Shown: piece after piece, positions 46,920 through 56,791 of the stretch
Position numbering within the stretch: position 1 is the first letter of the stretch
Layout: each line of letters begins with the position of its first letter
Assembly: GCA_046050355.1 (NCBI GenBank)
Contig: JBJOPW010000005.1
Span: 2,503 to 66,502, forward strand
From: Candidatus Parcubacteria bacterium
GTDB taxonomy: Bacteria > Patescibacteriota > Minisyncoccia > Phycocordibacterales > UBA918
Reading direction: 5' to 3'
Length of the DNA stretch: 64,000 bases
Notes under the pieces: model-generated
Told to the model about the DNA's origin: nothing
Database searches by the model: none
What the model saw: the letters and a program-made list of their open reading frames with translations, nothing else
Translations under genes and position numbers: made by a program

Positions 46920-48396
46920 AGATGCAACGACGTGTCCAATTGGAATTAATCCACGACCAGCTTCCGCTAGCCGTGCCTTGTTACGACTTACTCCCTGTCA
47001 TCGAGCTTACCGTAGGACCAGATAAACTGGCACTTCGGGCACTCCCGACTCCCTTGAGTTGACGGGCGGTGAGTACAAGGCTCGGGAACGTATTCACCGT
47101 GACGATGCTGATTCACGATTACTAGCGATTCCGACTTCATGAGGTCGAGTTGCAGACCTCAATCCGAATTGAGGATGGTTTTGGGGATTTGCTCCACCTT
47201 ACGGTATTGCGTCCCATTGTACCACCCATTGTATCACGTGTGCAGCCCAAGGCATCAAGGGACATGCTGACCTGGCGTCATCCTCACCTTCCTCTCCCGT
47301 GAGGGAGCAGTCTCGCCTGACACTTGTAACAGGCAACGAGGGTTGCGTTCGTTTCCCCACTTAAGGGAACAGCTCAAGCCACGAACTGACGACGGCCATG
47401 CATCACCTGCTATACACCCTCGAAGGCTTCCCGAGTTTCCCCGGGCGTGCAGTATAGTTTCTAGCCTTGGTAAGGTTTTTCGCTTAGCTACGAATTAAGC
47501 CACATGATCCACCGCTTGTGCGAGCCCCCGTCTATTCCTTTGAGTTTTAAGCTTGCGCTCGTACTACCCAGGCGGTCTGTTTAACGTGTTAACTTCGCCA
47601 CAGAGAGGGTCGATACTCCCTATAGCCAACAGACAGCGTTTAGGGCGTGGACTACGCGGGTATCTAATCCGCTTCGCTACCCACGCTTTCGTGCCTCAGC
47701 GTCAATAGAGTCCCAGCAAGCTGCCTTCGCATTTGGTATTCCCCTCGATATCAACGGATTTCACCCCTACACCGAGAGTTCTGCTTGCCTCTGACTTATT
47801 CTAGTTATACCGTTTCGGATGCGATTCCGGGGTTGAGCCCCGGGATTTAACACCCGACTAATATAACCGCCTACGCACCCTTTACGCCCAGTAAATCCGG
47901 ATAATGCTTGGGGCCTCTGTATTACCGCTCCTGCTGGCACAGAGTTGGGAGCCCCTTATTCATGAGGTAACGTCAATAAACTTCCTCCCTCATAAAAGGT
48001 GTTTACGTCCCGAGGGACTTCATCCACCACGCGGCGTCGCTCCGTCAGACTTTCGTCCATTGCGGAAGATTCTCGACTGCAGCCTCCCGTAGGAGTATGG
48101 ACCGTGTCGCAGTTCCATCGGTGGGGGTCAGGCTCTCACCTCCCCTAGCCGTCGTAGCCTTGGTAAGCCGTTACCTTACCAACAAGCTGATAGCCCGCAG
48201 GCCGTTCCAAGAGCGATAAATCTTTACCCCGAAGGGACCATCAAGTATTATTCGACCTTTCGGCCGGTTATCCCTGACTCTTGGGTACGTACCTACGTGT
48301 TCCTACCTCGTCTGCCATGAATCTAAATTCATTCGACTTGCATGCCTCATCCACGCCGCCAGCATTCATCCTGAGCTAGGATCAAACTCTAATTAA
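46920..48396 (-). rRNA. rrs: 16S ribosomal RNA (complete, about 1.47 kb), not followed by 23S within the window
   Basis: 5' end TTAATTAGAGTTTGATCCTAGCTCAGGATGAATGCTGGCGGCGTG (reverse complement of 48350-48396). 3' region AAGTCGTAACAAGG...GGATTAATTCC near 46920. Confidence 0.9.
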
Positions 48397-48932
48397 AGAC
48401 AGGTACTAGATGTAAACATCTATGTATCTGCGCCGGAGAATATAGTGTCGCGTGTACTTATGTCGCGACGATTCAACCGACTATTTACCTAAGGATAAGA
48501 CAAAAGAATATTCGATATTCGATTGCCTTATTGTGCTGACCCCGTTAGAAGATAATGTCGAAAGTAACTAAGTTACCAGATAACCACGCAATGATGCGTA
48601 TGCCCTTCTAACGGGGCTGATGCATACCATTGTTCACATTTTAAAAAACATGAAAAATAATATACGTACCTACTACTGTTTGGGACAGTAGTAAGTGATA
48701 TTGACCAACCGTATTTCAGACTGATGCTCACAAACAAATCCCCGAACCAGAGGTTCAGATGCTTCTTCGTGAGGTTGTCAACAAACAGTGTCCCCTTTGA
48801 AAGCGCTAGCCTTCAAAGAAGGCTTAGAATTACTTCCAACGAACAGTGCGAGCATTATACAGATATTGAAAATAAATGCAAGCGTTTCATGGGCAATACC
48901 CTAACTAGCCACAAGGACTAGCGTATCTCCAG

Positions 48933-48966
48933 ACAAAAAATCCCCCCGAGTGGTGTTTCGGGGGAA
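48933..48966 (-). terminator. Intrinsic terminator (CCCCCGAAACACCACTCGGGGGG + ATTTTTTGT) for the GC-rich lipoprotein gene
   Basis: A 7-bp GC stem plus a T-run on the minus strand, 45 nt 3' of the stop at 49012. Confidence 0.6.
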
Positions 48967-49011
48967 TCTCATTATTATCCGGAGTGCGAATTATTCGCGC
49001 CGCTGAATAGA

Positions 49012-49533
49012 TCAGTAACCGCCGCAGCCCGGGAACCAGACCTTCTTGCCACCATGCCGCACGCCGGCCTGGCAGTTCTTGATCTGCGTCCACTGGTTGA
49101 CGTCCACCGACTGCTCGATCTCGTTCCAGTTGATCGCGGTGGCGTCGCCACCTTCGGCAATCGCCACACCTCCCTGACCGCCCTCGGCCACATTGGTGTT
49201 GTTGATATTGGTGACGGCAGGCTTCGTCGCCTTGGCCGCGCTGATCATGCCGCTGGCGGTCACACCCGCTTCACCGAGCGGCACCAGTTGCTCGACCGGC
49301 GTTGCCCCTGCCGCATAGGCCACGATCTCCACTTCTCCGGTCTGCGGGTTGTAGTTGAAGACCATCGTCGACGAAGGCGCCATCGGATTTGACGCATCAG
49401 TGACAATCGTAGCCCTGTCGACAGTCTGGCCGCTGTTCGGGTCCTCGAAATCGATCGTATGTGCCTGTGGTCCGCAGGCGCTGAGACCTGCGACCAGCAT
49501 CAGGCCCAAAACCCACTTGAAAACTTTCATCAT
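49012..49533 (-). CDS. Lipoprotein (lipobox LSAC) on a GC-rich (about 60%) island
   Basis: 173 aa. MKVFKWVLGLMLVAGLSACG signal. GGAGAAG SD 8 nt upstream. Confidence 0.65.
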   Translation of the reverse strand: MMKVFKWVLGLMLVAGLSACGPQAHTIDFEDPNSGQTVDRATIVTDASNPMAPSSTMVFNYNPQTGEVEIVAYAAGATPVEQLVPLGEAGVTASGMISAAKATKPAVTNINNTNVAEGGQGGVAIAEGGDATAINWNEIEQSVDVNQWTQIKNCQAGVRHGGKKVWFPGCGGY

Positions 49534-49732
49534 TGTACTTCTCCATGTTTGAGCCCCGGTGGGGCTCGGTTTATGCCCCCAGGCTCGCCGACCAGCGTCA
49601 GTGCGGGTCGGGAACTGTCTTGTATTTTACATAAAATATTATAAATGTCAATACCACATGATACAATGCTTATACACCCCAATCGACTGCGAGAGCCTTG
49701 GTATGACCTAGTACTGTTTGACCTGATTTGGC

Positions 49733-50344
49733 ATGTGGTACGATAGATACCGTATGGTACAAACCTCCCTCCTCTTTTTGCTCGAGTGCTTACCGATGGT
49801 TGTTTTTTATCTTGCTAGCTATGCTTATGATTTCATCACCTCCACTCTCTTGTACGTCTGCGCTACCATCCTCGTAACCGCCATAATGATTTTTTACCAC
49901 CGCCGGTTACCTGCCTTATCCCTCATTTTTGGCTTTTTTGTGATTGTTGCCGGTATCTTGACGTACCTGACCGACAATCCAGACATCATTATTCTATCCG
50001 ATACAATTTACTTCTTTTTTGGAGCGTGGCTCTTCTACCGGAGTTTAGGCTGGTCACGACCACTTCTTCACCGCCTCTTTGGGCACACCTTTGATCTGCT
50101 GCCCGCTGGTTGGCGCCTCCTTACGTGGTGTTGGATTACGATTTTTTTGGTCGCTGGTATCTCAAATGAGATCGTCCGTCACACCATGACCCCAGAGTGG
50201 TGGATTGGCTTCCAGTTTTGGCGGTCAGTACTCATTACGCTATTTGCCTTTTGTCTCTTCCCAATTTGTCGACGCTTCCGCAATCCGCACACAACTAGCG
50301 ACTGGGGTATTCTCGTCACGCCAGATACGGCCAAGAATAATTAA
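49733..50344 (+). CDS. YciB/IspZ-family inner-membrane (septation-associated) protein
   Basis: 203 aa with five TM helices. The arrangement resembles YciB (LPMVVFYLASYAYD...). Confidence 0.6.
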   Translation: MWYDRYRMVQTSLLFLLECLPMVVFYLASYAYDFITSTLLYVCATILVTAIMIFYHRRLPALSLIFGFFVIVAGILTYLTDNPDIIILSDTIYFFFGAWLFYRSLGWSRPLLHRLFGHTFDLLPAGWRLLTWCWITIFLVAGISNEIVRHTMTPEWWIGFQFWRSVLITLFAFCLFPICRRFRNPHTTSDWGILVTPDTAKNN

Positions 50345-50542
50345 TGGTGGTCAAGCACACCAGACAACCAGCGACTATAACCAAACCGTCTCTTAAGTAT
50401 GAGTCTTTTTGGTTTATCCGGCCCGGTATAGTCATTAAGAATGACTACTGTGCCTATGATATTGAATTTATTTGGGTAGACCTGTTCCCACAAACAGTGG
50501 CTGGGTTTACAAGCCCCATCAGTCCCGTACAATAGGAGAGTT

Positions 50543-51241
50543 ATGATCACAACCGAAACTGTAGTTATGTCTGTGGGCGGATCATTAATTGTTCCAGAGA
50601 CCATCGACACCAAGTTCCTCACTGAACTCAAATCCCTTATTACTAATGAAGCGGCCCAGAGTGGTCGTCGTTTTATTATCATTGCTGGCGGTGGCAAGAC
50701 GGCTCGGCGCTACCAAGAGGCGGCAGCTGAAGTGACCGACCTCACTCGCGACGACCTTGATTGGCTCGGTATTCACTCGACTCACCTCAATGGTCACCTC
50801 CTGCGTACTATCTTCCGTGATATTGCCTACCACATCATGATTAAGAACCCAGACGAAGTCCTTGATGTGCCCGAGCAGTACCGGGTGATTATTGCCGCTG
50901 GCTACCGCCCGGGCTGCTCGACCGACCTCCGGGCGGTGCAGATCGCCGAGAAGATTGGCGCCAAGACCGTCATCAACCTTTCAAATACTGACTACGTCTA
51001 CACCGACAACCCACACACAAACCCAGACGCCAAGAAGATCGAGGACATCACCTGGGCCGAATTCCGCCAGATTATTCCTGAAGAATGGGCACCAGGCTTA
51101 TCGACCCCGTTTGACCCAGTCGCTGCCAAAGTCGCCGAACGTGATGGGATTGAGGTCGCGCAGCTCAATGGCCTTTCGCTCGACTGTCTCAGTGATTATC
51201 TCGCCGGCCGACCATTCATCGGCACCCGGATTCACAATTAG
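50543..51241 (+). CDS. pyrH: Amino-acid-kinase family protein, probable UMP kinase (short/archaeal type)
   Basis: 232 aa. VMSVGGSLIVPE...FIIIAGGGKTARRY. Confidence 0.6.
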   Translation: MITTETVVMSVGGSLIVPETIDTKFLTELKSLITNEAAQSGRRFIIIAGGGKTARRYQEAAAEVTDLTRDDLDWLGIHSTHLNGHLLRTIFRDIAYHIMIKNPDEVLDVPEQYRVIIAAGYRPGCSTDLRAVQIAEKIGAKTVINLSNTDYVYTDNPHTNPDAKKIEDITWAEFRQIIPEEWAPGLSTPFDPVAAKVAERDGIEVAQLNGLSLDCLSDYLAGRPFIGTRIHN

Positions 51242-51295
51242 AGATTGTAAAACAAAAGACCGGCGCCAAAGGCGCCGGTCTTTTGTATCTTCGTA

Positions 51296-51778
51296 TTAGT
51301 TACTACTACCGTCTGCTGAACTTCCGTCAGTTGATGCAGCGTCAGGAGTCTTCTCTGCAGCAGGCGCGGTATCAGTCGCAACTGGTGCCGCAGCAGCCGC
51401 TGCTGGTGCAGTAGCAGCTGGAGCTGTTGGAGCTACACCAACCACCTTTGGTACAGCAGGAACACCATACTGATTGACGACAGGATCAGTCTTTGTCGCG
51501 AGCCAGACAATCAAGATAATCCACCCAACGATTGGAATAAAGCCGAGGAGCAACCACCAACCACTCTTCCCCGTATCATGCAGTCGACGAGCGCCCAAGC
51601 CAAGACTCGGCAACAAGAGACCAAGGGACACGAGCATCGAAATCATATCAAGACGCACGATATCAAGCGCTATTTGAATCAAGACTGAAATAAGCACAAA
51701 CATCCAGTACTCCTGCCGTCCCACTCGTCCTTCAAAATCAGCATAGTGCTTTGTAATTGGATCTAAAAACCAGTGCAT
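51296..51778 (-). CDS. DUF805 (YhaH-like) membrane protein with Ala/Pro-rich tail
   Basis: 160 aa. GRVGRQEYWMFVL motif and three TM helices. Confidence 0.7.
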   Translation of the reverse strand: MHWFLDPITKHYADFEGRVGRQEYWMFVLISVLIQIALDIVRLDMISMLVSLGLLLPSLGLGARRLHDTGKSGWWLLLGFIPIVGWIILIVWLATKTDPVVNQYGVPAVPKVVGVAPTAPAATAPAAAAAAPVATDTAPAAEKTPDAASTDGSSADGSSN

Positions 51779-51782
51779 ATCA

Positions 51783-52334
51783 CTAAATATATTTTTGTAT
51801 AAATACGTCCACCGCTGCCTCTAATTCCTCTATTGTACCATCGTTCATGATGGTGTAATCGGCCGTTGCCATGACTTTGGCTTTTTGTTGTGCGCCAGGA
51901 TCTGTATTCTCCATTTCAGCCGCTTCTTGCACTTTAAACTGCTCAAAGGTGACATAATCACTGACCGAACGACGGGCTTGTACTCGCTCATATCGCACAA
52001 GTACATCAGCATCGACTGCCAGGAGTATACCCCCAACACTTCGCAAATAGTCTGCTTCTGCTGGTACACGAACCGATTCAATGACAATTTTGTTTTTGTT
52101 TTCATCACAGGCACGTTCGTAGGCAATCCGAACCATAGCTTCATTTCCATATTGCGCTCGGAGCGCATTGCCAGTTAAACGCATTTGATTACGATCGACT
52201 GGTAGCCCAAGTCGTTCTATTTCTCTAACTATTGAATCCCTGACTGAATAATGTGTGAAGCCGTGTTTTTCAACCAGACAGGTTACTACCGAACCCTTTC
52301 CTGACCCATCAGTACCCGTGATACCAATAATCAT
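51783..52334 (-). CDS. P-loop nucleotide/nucleoside kinase (dephospho-CoA kinase/dNMP kinase-like)
   Basis: 183 aa. IIGITGTDGSGKGSV Walker A. Confidence 0.5.
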   Translation of the reverse strand: MIIGITGTDGSGKGSVVTCLVEKHGFTHYSVRDSIVREIERLGLPVDRNQMRLTGNALRAQYGNEAMVRIAYERACDENKNKIVIESVRVPAEADYLRSVGGILLAVDADVLVRYERVQARRSVSDYVTFEQFKVQEAAEMENTDPGAQQKAKVMATADYTIMNDGTIEELEAAVDVFIQKYI

Positions 52335-52337
52335 AAA

Positions 52338-53318
52338 CTATTTTGGATTAACTACTTCCCGCTTCGCCTGCCAATCAGCGTAGGCGACCAAGAGTGGACT
52401 CGCAATAAAGATTGACGAGTAGGCACCGGCAAACACACCCGCAATAAGGACGAGGGCAAAGGTCTGCGTCACCACACTCCCAAAGAAGTAGAGTGCAAGC
52501 AATGCAAAGAGTACCGTCAGTGACGTATTGATAGAACGAGGCATGGTCTCAGACACCGCTTCACCCACCAAGTCGGCAAACGGTCGATTGAGGGTGTAGG
52601 TCACCTCATCATGTTCAATCCCGCCCGGCTCGACAATCTTCTTACGATACTCGGTACGGTTACCGACCAGTTTTTCTCGGACGCGGTCAAAGATCACAAT
52701 CGTATCATTCACCGAGTACCCTAGAATCGTGAGGAGTGCGGTCACAAACAGTACATCGACCTCGAGCCCCATAAAGTGCCCAAGAAGAGACATCACCGCA
52801 ATTGGGACGAGGATGTCGTGAAAAAGTACCAAAACTGTCATCGTCCCGTAAATCCAAGAACTAACCGGCATCCCAATTCCCACAAACGCAAAGGCCACAT
52901 ACACAATAGTCACTATAAGGACCGCACCAATCGCCCAATACGCCTTACTCTTCATTTCTTCACCGATCACTGGACCAACTGAGGTGGTACGGATGACTGA
53001 AGCATCGCTACCAATCTTTGTTAGCTTTTCGCTTAGGTCTTTTTGCTCCGCTACCGAAAGTGTCCGAGTAGTCACAATGTAGCTACTACCAAACTCCCCT
53101 GCTGATTCACGGATAGCACTATTTGGTAGTCCAGTTTCACCAAGCACCCCTTCAACCGCGCTCTTCTCCGGCATGGTACCGTAGCGAACTTCAGTCAAGG
53201 TACCGCCGGTAAAGTCGATACTCGGTTTGAGTCCAAAAGTAGCAACGATGAGACCCGCGGTCAGCACAATGAGCGCCCCAATAGCGAGGAACAACTTTCG
53301 ATTTCGAATGATTGGCAT
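52338..53318 (-). CDS. secF: Protein translocase subunit SecF
   Basis: 326 aa. SecF TM topology and conserved C-terminal half. Confidence 0.9.
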   Translation of the reverse strand: MPIIRNRKLFLAIGALIVLTAGLIVATFGLKPSIDFTGGTLTEVRYGTMPEKSAVEGVLGETGLPNSAIRESAGEFGSSYIVTTRTLSVAEQKDLSEKLTKIGSDASVIRTTSVGPVIGEEMKSKAYWAIGAVLIVTIVYVAFAFVGIGMPVSSWIYGTMTVLVLFHDILVPIAVMSLLGHFMGLEVDVLFVTALLTILGYSVNDTIVIFDRVREKLVGNRTEYRKKIVEPGGIEHDEVTYTLNRPFADLVGEAVSETMPRSINTSLTVLFALLALYFFGSVVTQTFALVLIAGVFAGAYSSIFIASPLLVAYADWQAKREVVNPK

Positions 53319-53319
53319 A

Positions 53320-54771
53320 TTATTTTTTGATTAAACCAGTACCGAGTAATAATGGCCAGATACCTTTGTCTGCTCGCTTCACATCAGGGAGTGCGATGAG
53401 AAAGGTACGCGTAAGGACAATCGCAGACATCACTGAGATGATGATACCGATACCAAGTACCAAGGCAAAACCTTTGATCATCGCTGTACCAAACCAAAAC
53501 AGAATCACGGCTGAAATGAGCCCAGTGACGTTACCATCACGAATCGCTCCCCACGCCCGAGTGAAGCCTTCAGTCGCCGCTTCGCGACTACCCTTACCGC
53601 TGCGGAATTCTTCTTTCATACGTTCAAACACGAGCACGTTCGCATCCACCGCCATACCAAGTGAAAGTACAAAGCCGGCGAGACCAGCCGCCGTGAGGGT
53701 GACGGGGATGAGCTGGAAGATAGCGAGGTTCATAAGGATATAGAGGAGAAGGGCGACCGCTGCAATTAACCCTGGCACGCGATACCAGGCCACCAAGAAG
53801 AGAGCAATGATAGCAAAGCCGGCGAGACCAGCGGTAATACTCTGATTAATGACCCCAGCGCCAAGAGTAGCGTCGATAGTCTGTGTGCTCTCAAGATTAA
53901 TCGGGACAGGTAAAGCACCAAAATTAAGATTCTGAGCCAATTCCCGAGCTTCATCTGGAGTAAATCCACCAGAGATTGTTGCTCGTCCACCAGAGATGGC
54001 TTCATTAATACGCGGAGCGGAAATAATTTCCCCATCGAGGAAAATCGCCAATTGTTCACCAACATTATCGCGGGTGATTTCTTCAAAGAGCTTGCCTCCC
54101 TCATCAGTAAAAGTAATAGCGACAAGCGGTTCATTCGCGAGCTGGCCCGACTGACCACCAGCAAATTCAAGAGCGGCACTCGCAAGGTAGCGTCCAGTCA
54201 AGCCTGTATCCGTGTACGGATTCATCGCATCAACCGATTCACCATTGAGTTTTACATTATCAATCATGACACCAGTACCAGAAGCATTCTGCCGCAAAGT
54301 CTCCGCCTGTTCGGCTGCAATGACCGCTTTGGCATCCATAAGCTTAAATTCCAGGAGTGGTGTACGACCGATTTCCGCTACGGCCGCCTCGACATCAGTC
54401 ACCCCAGGGAGTTCAACCACCAGTCGATGACTCTTTTCTTCGGCAGCAAAACTACTCTCTTCAACCTGAATAATTGGTTCTGATACACCAAAGACGTTGA
54501 TACGACGCTCAATCACATCGCGGAGAACCGCCATGAGCTCTGGCACTTCAGCGGGATCAATTTTGCTCACGTCTGCCTCGTAGACGAGATGACTACCTCC
54601 GGCCAGATCAAGCCCGAGTTTGAATGGAAACTTAGCCTCTGGTGCGGTGGCATTGTGCCATACGAAGTAGCCAATGAGTGCACCAAGCACCAGCACAATC
54701 ACTGCTCGAAATACCCGAATGAAGGCTTCAACTTGGGGTGAAGTCTCTTTTGTTTCTGTCTGTGAAGCCAT
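53320..54771 (-). CDS. secD: Protein translocase subunit SecD
   Basis: 483 aa. LGLDLAGGSHLVYEAD and the SecD periplasmic domain. A 2-bp gap separates it from secF. Confidence 0.9.
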   Translation of the reverse strand: MASQTETKETSPQVEAFIRVFRAVIVLVLGALIGYFVWHNATAPEAKFPFKLGLDLAGGSHLVYEADVSKIDPAEVPELMAVLRDVIERRINVFGVSEPIIQVEESSFAAEEKSHRLVVELPGVTDVEAAVAEIGRTPLLEFKLMDAKAVIAAEQAETLRQNASGTGVMIDNVKLNGESVDAMNPYTDTGLTGRYLASAALEFAGGQSGQLANEPLVAITFTDEGGKLFEEITRDNVGEQLAIFLDGEIISAPRINEAISGGRATISGGFTPDEARELAQNLNFGALPVPINLESTQTIDATLGAGVINQSITAGLAGFAIIALFLVAWYRVPGLIAAVALLLYILMNLAIFQLIPVTLTAAGLAGFVLSLGMAVDANVLVFERMKEEFRSGKGSREAATEGFTRAWGAIRDGNVTGLISAVILFWFGTAMIKGFALVLGIGIIISVMSAIVLTRTFLIALPDVKRADKGIWPLLLGTGLIKK

Positions 54772-54815
54772 AAATCAACCTTACAAAATAATAGATGTTA
54801 TAGCACGAAATTACC

Positions 54816-55613
54816 TTAACTTCTATGCTGTTTGGCTAAATAGAGCACGTTTTTAAGGAGTATGGCAATAGTAAGTGGTCCAATGCCACCTGGGACCGGA
54901 GTAAAAATAGCAGCTTTATCGGCGACACCCTGATCAGCATCCCCAACGAGCATGCCCCCTTCTTCTGAAGTCCCCCCATCAAATACTACCACTCCCGTTT
55001 TCACCATCGCTGGTGTCAACAGCCCGGGCGAGCCAGCGCCCAGTACGATAATATCGGCGTCTTTAGTAGCATCAAGATTATTCGACTCCTTAGTCACAAC
55101 TGTAACCGTAGCACCGAGTGCTTCTGCATACATCGCTACCGGCGCTCCCACCAGACGTCCTTTGCCAATGATGACAACTGATTTTCCTTTCCAATCAATA
55201 TCATGAACACGACTGATTTCGGCAATAGCTCCAACTACCGGTGGCAACATGCCATCAACATGACCGTCGTAATGCGTCACATCAACATCCAAATCAGCTG
55301 GAATCAATGGGATTAAGTCGGCAGTGGCGAGATGAGGGAACGGGAACTGAATAATAATCCCGTCACTCTCGTTCGCATATTGGTTGATAGCCGCTGCCAC
55401 CTGATCGAGCGTTACCTCACGTGACAGCTCAATTACGCGGATTGAGACACCGGCTTCTTTCGCTCGCTTCACCTTGAGATCAAGAAACTTCTTAGTTTCA
55501 AAATTGGGGGCACAGGTAAAAACGGTCAAAAGTGGCATTTCTGACATGGTTGCTGTGTGTCGTTTGATGTCAGCTACAATCGAGGTTGCGAGTGCCCGGC
55601 CGTCTACATACAT
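54816..55613 (-). CDS. folD: Bifunctional methylenetetrahydrofolate dehydrogenase/cyclohydrolase
   Basis: The start is trimmed to MYVDGRALA (the ORF-track N-terminal extension is implausible). GKSVVIIGKGRLVGAPVA Rossmann and PVPGGIGPLT. Confidence 0.88.
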   Translation of the reverse strand: MYVDGRALATSIVADIKRHTATMSEMPLLTVFTCAPNFETKKFLDLKVKRAKEAGVSIRVIELSREVTLDQVAAAINQYANESDGIIIQFPFPHLATADLIPLIPADLDVDVTHYDGHVDGMLPPVVGAIAEISRVHDIDWKGKSVVIIGKGRLVGAPVAMYAEALGATVTVVTKESNNLDATKDADIIVLGAGSPGLLTPAMVKTGVVVFDGGTSEEGGMLVGDADQGVADKAAIFTPVPGGIGPLTIAILLKNVLYLAKQHRS

Positions 55614-55637
55614 ATGCCGGTGAGTATACCACAAAAT

Positions 55638-55670
55638 CAAAACCGACCAGCTGGTCGGTTTTGATTTTTT
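55638..55670 (-). terminator. Intrinsic terminator (AAAACCGACCAGCTGGTCGGTTTT + GATTTTGT) after the 55669-56742 gene
   Basis: A 9-bp stem plus a T-rich tail on the minus strand. It overlaps the stop codon. Confidence 0.6.
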
Positions 55671-56742
55671 ATTGGGGTTTAGAACGTCGCAACGTCTCTG
55701 GCACATACGACTCGTAACGACCGTCAGTGTACTGAAAGGCATCTTTGCTCGTGTACTTACATTCATACACAGTTGCCAGTTTCGCCCCACTCATGACAAC
55801 TGGATACGAGTAGAAACGCCATGAACCAGGACAAGTTGGGACCTTACCACGCGTCGTATGCCAGAAAAAGAAGAAAGCAATGCGCGCCATCCATGGGTGG
55901 ATAGGTAAGATACGCTTCCCTACCGCTGCGGCCATATCTCGAGCAAACACGGGTTCACTTTCTGGCGTAATGTTGAACACCACATAATCCTGACTAAACG
56001 GCTCAAAGGTGAACTTGGTGACGATATCATTCACATCGTCTTCGTGAATAAATTGACGGACCCAGAGCTTCGTCGCTGGTACAAAAGCGGTGAGCGAGGT
56101 TACAAGCCGGTACGCAAAACCACCCTTAAGGTTGCCCTGAAGCGCAGACTGGAGACCGAAGCGATTACGCATGTAGCGACCGCGCGGTCCGGTTATGGCC
56201 GCCGGCCTGACCACAAATACTTGCGGCACTGGCTTCCCTCCTGCTTTACGTTCATCAAATAAGGTCTTAAGGCGTTCTTCGGTAACCTTCTTTTCTTTGG
56301 CATAGATGTAGTCGTCATCACGGAAGCCTTCGAGCTCAGTGAAGCGATGCTCGGTGGTGTTGTTCGATCGAGCACTGTACGAAGAAGCGGTTGAAAAATA
56401 GATGAGTTTTTCCACCGAATCAGTATTCATCGCAAATTGAAAGATTTTGTCTGATCCTTCGACGTTCCAACGCCATTCTTCTTTGGCCTGGCCATACATG
56501 GCGCGAATCTGCCAAGCAGTATGTATAACCGTAGTTGGCTTCATGGCCGCCACTTGTTCTTGCCAACCATCATCGGCCATGTTGTGTTGAATATAGGTGA
56601 CTTTGGGAATTGATTTTGAAAACTCTGACTGTGGTTCTTTGTCCAAAGTGACAATCGCCGCGACATCGTCGCGCTTACTCATCTGATCACAGAGCATCTC
56701 GCCGACATATCCGGCACCGCCAACAATAAAAATGGTTTGCAT
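55669..56742 (-). CDS. NAD-dependent epimerase/dehydratase-family SDR
   Basis: 357 aa. IFIVGGAGYVGEML Rossmann and YAKEK catalytic dyad. Confidence 0.75.
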   Translation of the reverse strand: MQTIFIVGGAGYVGEMLCDQMSKRDDVAAIVTLDKEPQSEFSKSIPKVTYIQHNMADDGWQEQVAAMKPTTVIHTAWQIRAMYGQAKEEWRWNVEGSDKIFQFAMNTDSVEKLIYFSTASSYSARSNNTTEHRFTELEGFRDDDYIYAKEKKVTEERLKTLFDERKAGGKPVPQVFVVRPAAITGPRGRYMRNRFGLQSALQGNLKGGFAYRLVTSLTAFVPATKLWVRQFIHEDDVNDIVTKFTFEPFSQDYVVFNITPESEPVFARDMAAAVGKRILPIHPWMARIAFFFFWHTTRGKVPTCPGSWRFYSYPVVMSGAKLATVYECKYTSKDAFQYTDGRYESYVPETLRRSKPQ

Positions 56743-56791
56743 ACGTATGAGCTACAGTATAGCAAACTACCGGAAGAACTGAATAGTTACA

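Noticed and set aside
46200-46920. Expected 23S rRNA or spacer tRNAs downstream of the 16S 3' end
   Set aside because: The region is occupied by a + strand protein-coding gene and AT-rich spacer. It has no 23S-like sequence and no tRNA cloverleaf. The rRNA operon is genuinely unlinked here.
48540-48616. 13-bp long-range inverted repeat (GCCCCGTTAGAAG ... CTTCTAACGGGGC) in the 16S leader
   Set aside because: It is probably an ordinary leader processing/antitermination stem. Both halves are in the 5' leader, so it is not the RNase III 5'/3' stem. Noted but not unusual.
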